Positions 60,724 to 64,000 of a stretch of 64,000 nt of DNA are shown piece by piece. Position 1 is the stretch's first letter, and each line of letters opens with the position of its first letter. A program made the position numbers and the translations under genes. The notes under the pieces were generated by a model. It searched no databases and was not told the DNA's origin. It saw only the letters and a list, made by a program, of their open reading frames with translations. The stretch comes from an uncultured Alphaproteobacteria bacterium (GTDB lineage Bacteria > Pseudomonadota > Alphaproteobacteria > HIMB59 > GCA-002718135): positions 5,891-69,890 of the forward strand of contig CACIBE010000008.1 of the NCBI GenBank assembly GCA_902584805.1, read 5' to 3'.

Positions 60724-60807
60724 TTAACAGCAATCTCCACCTTCACAAGCGCAACAACAGCTGCAGCTGCAACCACACTTTGGTGGGTTTGGATTTTGAT
60801 TTTTCAT
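60724..60807 (-). CDS. candidate 27-aa Cys-rich peptide (metallothionein-like), missing from the >=60-aa ORF track
   Basis: Manual translation gives MKNQNPNPPKCGCSCSCCCACEGGDCC followed by a double TAA TAA. There are 9 Cys in the last 17 residues. AGGT lies 6 nt upstream of the ATG. The ORF forms a GC-rich island within an AT-rich 189-nt spacer. Confidence 0.45.
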   Translation of the reverse strand: MKNQNPNPPKCGCSCSCCCACEGGDCC

Positions 60808-60845
60808 AATCATACCTATATATTTTATAATAATTTAAAATACAA

Positions 60846-61703
60846 ATGAGAAAAGCATTAGAAATTAAAGAGTGTATGAAGACTTTCGAGGGTGACGGGA
60901 TACCTGTAACGAGAGCTTTCCCTGTCCCTGGAATGAGAGAAAATGATCCATTTCTTCTTTTTGATCATTTCGGCCCAATTAATTATGAGCCAGGAGGTGC
61001 AACTGGTGTACCAGCCCATCCTCATTGTGGATTTGAGGCAATTACTTATATGCTTGGTGGTGAAGTAGAGCATAGAGATTCATTTGGAGGACAAGCAGAA
61101 ATTGAAACTGGTGATGTACAATGGATGACAACTGGATCAGGTTTAATCCACTCTGAATTAGTAACAGAAAAATTTAAGAAGAGTGGTGGTATCATGCAAG
61201 GATTACAAATTTGGGTAAACCTTCCACAAAAAAATAAAAAAGTGAAACCTTGGTACCAACATATTAAAAGAAACACTATTCCAACAGTATCTGAAAATGC
61301 AAATATAGAAATTAAAGTTCTTGTGGGTGAAATAAATGGAACCAAATCCAAAGTTCAAACATATTCACCTGTATCAATATTTGATATTCAATTTTCAAAA
61401 CCAGATAAGACAAAGTTTAATGTTGATAAAGAACAAAATCTTATGATCTATATTATCGATGGTCAATTACAATTTAACGAGGATGATAAAATCGCTAATA
61501 AAGGTGATATGATTTACTTTGATCAGTCAAGTGATGAGATTCAACTTACATCGATATCAGAAAAAGGATCCTACCTAGTTTTAGCAGGTAAGCCGCTTAA
61601 AGAACCTGTAGCACGTTATGGTCCTTTTGTGGCAAATTCTGAAGGAGAAATCAAGCAAGCAATGATGGACTATCAAGAAGGAAAGATGGGAAGCTTAGCT
61701 TAA
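60846..61703 (+). CDS. pirin-family bicupin protein
   Basis: 285 aa with the metal ligand motif HPHCGFEAITYMLGGEVEHRDS, WVNLP and the pirin C-terminal cupin. Confidence 0.9.
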   Translation: MRKALEIKECMKTFEGDGIPVTRAFPVPGMRENDPFLLFDHFGPINYEPGGATGVPAHPHCGFEAITYMLGGEVEHRDSFGGQAEIETGDVQWMTTGSGLIHSELVTEKFKKSGGIMQGLQIWVNLPQKNKKVKPWYQHIKRNTIPTVSENANIEIKVLVGEINGTKSKVQTYSPVSIFDIQFSKPDKTKFNVDKEQNLMIYIIDGQLQFNEDDKIANKGDMIYFDQSSDEIQLTSISEKGSYLVLAGKPLKEPVARYGPFVANSEGEIKQAMMDYQEGKMGSLA

Positions 61704-62146
61704 GCTAATTGACGTAACATTTCACCAGCTACAATAGCAACTGAACTACTAAGATTAATCGATCTAGGCCCCTTTATCATTGGTATTGTTAATCTTTCAT
61801 CGACAGAGCTATGAACAAAATCAGGTGCTCCTGCACTTTCTCTGCCAAATAAAATAATATCATTTGATTGAAATTTATAATCGAAATAACTTTTTTTACT
61901 TTTCGTTGTTAGAAGAATGAGTCGATATGAGTTATCTTTTGACCACTCATAAAATTTTTCCCAACTTAAATGTTTTTTTAATTCTAGATAATCATAGTAA
62001 TCCATTGATGCTCTTTTTAATCTCTTATCATCAATCACAAAGCCAGCTGGCTCTATTATATCTACTGGTATTCCAAGACAGGCACCTAGTCTAAATATGT
62101 TTCCTGCATTCTGTGGTATGTCGGGTTCAAATAGAGCAATTCTCAT
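61700..62146 (-). CDS. trmL: tRNA (cytidine(34)-2'-O)-methyltransferase (SpoU/TrmL family)
   Basis: 148 aa with MRIALFEPDIPQNAGNIFR, the single-domain SPOUT architecture and LNLSSSVAI. Confidence 0.85.
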   Translation of the reverse strand: MRIALFEPDIPQNAGNIFRLGACLGIPVDIIEPAGFVIDDKRLKRASMDYYDYLELKKHLSWEKFYEWSKDNSYRLILLTTKSKKSYFDYKFQSNDIILFGRESAGAPDFVHSSVDERLTIPMIKGPRSINLSSSVAIVAGEMLRQLA

Positions 62147-62241
62147 GTTTTTTTACTATATTATTTTATTACTTGCGTCACGCTGGCACATATTTAAAAA
62201 GTATTTTTTTGAGTAATTAAGATATAAGAAATTCACAATAA

Positions 62242-62769
62242 ATGGCTAAAAAACCCAAAAATAAGAGAAGAGATTTCCTACAACTTAGCACCGTAACGCT
62301 TGGTGCTGTTGGAACAGCTGCTTTTATATGGCCTTTTCTAAAAAGTATGAGTCCAGCAGAAGACACATTAGCTGCAGGATCAACCGAAGTAGATATTAGT
62401 GCTATTGAAGAAGGTCAAAGTATAACAATAAAGTGGCGTGGAAAACCTGTTTTCATTAAAAAAAGAACAAAAGATGAGATTAATGCAGCTAAAATGGTTC
62501 AAGCTTCTGACTTAAGAGATCCACAAGATGATGCAGATAGAGTACAAAAAGAAGAATGGTTAGTCTTAGTGGGAGTATGTACACACTTAGGTTGTGTTCC
62601 ACTTGGTCAGAAGGTTTCAGATATGAAAGGTGAGTACGATGGTTGGTACTGCCCATGTCATGGTTCACATTACGATACATCAGGTAGGATCAGAAAGGGA
62701 CCAGCACCAAAAAACTTGGACGTTCCGCCCTATACCTTTTTAAATGATAATACTATAAAGATAGGATAA
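62242..62769 (+). CDS. petA: ubiquinol-cytochrome c reductase Rieske iron-sulfur subunit
   Basis: 175 aa with a Tat-like N-terminus (RRDFL) and Rieske boxes CTHLGC and CPCHGS. Confidence 0.95.
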   Translation: MAKKPKNKRRDFLQLSTVTLGAVGTAAFIWPFLKSMSPAEDTLAAGSTEVDISAIEEGQSITIKWRGKPVFIKKRTKDEINAAKMVQASDLRDPQDDADRVQKEEWLVLVGVCTHLGCVPLGQKVSDMKGEYDGWYCPCHGSHYDTSGRIRKGPAPKNLDVPPYTFLNDNTIKIG

Positions 62770-62770
62770 C

Positions 62771-64000
62771 ATGGATAAGAATAGAAAAGTACATCAGTTT
62801 AAAAACCCTGTCCTTAATTGGATAGAGTTTCGTTTACCAATTATTTCTTATTTCAAAAAAGAATACGGCGATTATCCGATGCCTAAAAATTGTAATTATT
62901 TTTGGAGTTTTGGTGCATTGGCAACAATTACACTTGTTACAATGATAGTAAGCGGAATTTTTCTTGCCATGAATTACACACCACATACTGATATGGCATT
63001 TGATAGTGTTGAAAGAATAATGCGAGATGTCAATTATGGTTGGTTAATGCGATATATCCATTCCAATGGTGCAGCCTTTTTCTTCATCATAGTTTACATT
63101 CATATAGTAAGAGCAATGTATTTTGGTTCTTACAAATATCCAAGAGAGCTTAATTGGATTTTAGGTGTATTCATATTTTTATTAATGATGGCAACTTCTT
63201 TTCTCGGTTACACATTACCGTGGGGACAAATGTCTTATTGGGGAGCTACAGTTATAACAAATTTATTTAGTGCAATTCCATTTATTGGTGAGGGATTAAA
63301 GACATGGCTTCTTGGTGATTACAATGTTGGAAATGCTACTTTAAACCGTTTCTTTGCTCTTCATTATGTTTTACCATTTGTTATTTTTGGTGTTGTAGGT
63401 TTACATGTTGCTGCAGTCCATGTTCATGGTTCAAATAATCCTGATGGGATTGATATTAAAACTAACAATGACTCAGTAAACTTTTTTCCATATATGTTAA
63501 TTAAAGATACAGTAGCTATGTGTGCTTTTGGTGTTGCTATTTCTGCAGTAATATTCTTTGGACCAAATCTTATGGCTGAAGTTGATAATTATATTCCAGC
63601 AGATCCACTTGTTACTCCAGCTCACATTGTTCCAAACTGGTATCTTGCACCTTTTTATGCAATTTTAAGAGCAGTACCTGATAAATTAGGAGGGGTTCTC
63701 CTAATGTTTGGTGCGATAGTAATTCTCTTTGTTTTACCTTGGCTTGATAGATCAAAAGTGAGAAGCTGTAATTATAGACCAATATATAAGTGGTTTATGA
63801 TGGGCTTTTTTGTTAACTTTTTTGCATTAGGCTACGTTGGTATGCTCCCTGCTGAAGGTTTATACCTTTTAATTGCTAGAGTAGGTTTACTTTACTACTT
63901 TGGCTTTTTCTTTATCATTACACCTTTTGTTGGTTGGATAGAGAAGCCAAGTAAGCTACCGCTCAGTATTAGTGATGTTTATGCTAAAAATATAGCTCCT
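62771..64000 (+). CDS. petB: cytochrome b (3' end outside the window; absent from the ORF track)
   Basis: Manual translation from ATG 62771 gives MDKNRKVHQFKNPVLNWIEFRLP...NYFWSFGAL...NYGWLMRYIHSNGAAFFFIIVYIHIVRAMYFGSY. The frame checks as in phase at both ends, up to nt 64000 (410 codons). I did not scan every internal codon. Confidence 0.95.
   Translation, partial: MDKNRKVHQFKNPVLNWIEFRLPIISYFKKEYGDYPMPKNCNYFWSFGALATITLVTMIVSGIFLAMNYTPHTDMAFDSVERIMRDVNYGWLMRYIHSNGAAFFFIIVYIHIVRAMYFGSYKYPRELNWILGVFIFLLMMATSFLGYTLPWGQMSYWGATVITNLFSAIPFIGEGLKTWLLGDYNVGNATLNRFFALHYVLPFVIFGVVGLHVAAVHVHGSNNPDGIDIKTNNDSVNFFPYMLIKDTVAMCAFGVAISAVIFFGPNLMAEVDNYIPADPLVTPAHIVPNWYLAPFYAILRAVPDKLGGVLLMFGAIVILFVLPWLDRSKVRSCNYRPIYKWFMMGFFVNFFALGYVGMLPAEGLYLLIARVGLLYYFGFFFIITPFVGWIEKPSKLPLSISDVYAKNIAP

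Noticed and set aside
60755-60795. Alternative reading of the GC-rich spacer segment as a + strand terminator for the DUF1636 gene (palindrome GCAGCTGC, CCAC-actttg-GTGG followed by T-rich sequence)
   Set aside because: The stems are only 4 bp and lie about 100-125 nt past the stop codon. The uninterrupted Cys-rich reading frame with a double stop explains the GC richness better. I keep this as the explicit refutation route for the metallothionein-like ORF.
62184-62200. TGGCAC hexamer upstream of petA that resembles a sigma54 -24 element
   Set aside because: The expected -12 TTGC(A/T) element is missing at the correct spacing (the sequence is TGGCACATATTTAAAA). A single hexamer match is not meaningful.
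1-64000. CRISPR arrays, rRNA genes, IS elements, prophage or known defence-system genes
   Set aside because: I saw no spaced direct repeats, rRNA-like conserved segments, transposase or integrase ORFs, or nuclease/helicase/ATPase defence-type ORFs. Every ORF above 150 aa has a metabolic, translational, envelope or transport assignment.

Overview
This 64-kb window is very AT-rich and extremely gene-dense. I count about 70 genes; most spacers are under 50 nt, with many 1-4-nt overlaps. The composition, gene content and synteny look like a streamlined marine alphaproteobacterium of the Pelagibacterales (SAR11) type. That identification is an inference, since no database search was possible. Most of the window is housekeeping: gltD-gltB; an LPS-core glycosyltransferase trio; infC-rpmI-rplT-pheS-pheT-lepA; a yejABEF-like peptide ABC importer; kdsB and pheA; SRP RNA-dnaX-ybaB-recR-def-fmt-truA; pepP; dapE-dapD-argB; engB-yidC-yidD-rnpA-rpmH; panC; and petA-petB. 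Two regions look accessory or unusual. (1) Region 15.7-26.3 kb is a surface-glycan island split by a tRNA-Ser(GGA) gene. It holds two paralogous giant polytopic membrane proteins, a nucleotide-sugar modification operon (GT2, C-methyltransferase, UXS-like SDR, Gfo/Idh/MocA), a GT2-GtrA fusion and a TPR-methyltransferase fusion. (2) Region 54.8-61.7 kb is a zinc-homeostasis neighbourhood. It holds znuC-znuB-zur divergent from znuA across a strong Zur-box palindrome, and the ZnuA carries a DH(DDH)12 repeat. These are followed by a COG0523 GTPase-WD40-84aa-DUF1636 operon, an ORF absent from the >=60-aa track that encodes a 27-aa peptide with 9 Cys (metallothionein-like), and pirin. The ORF track also misses rpmH (44 aa), a 58-aa ORF, the SRP RNA, the tRNA and the 3'-truncated petB. 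I saw no rRNA, CRISPR array, transposase, integrase or phage gene.
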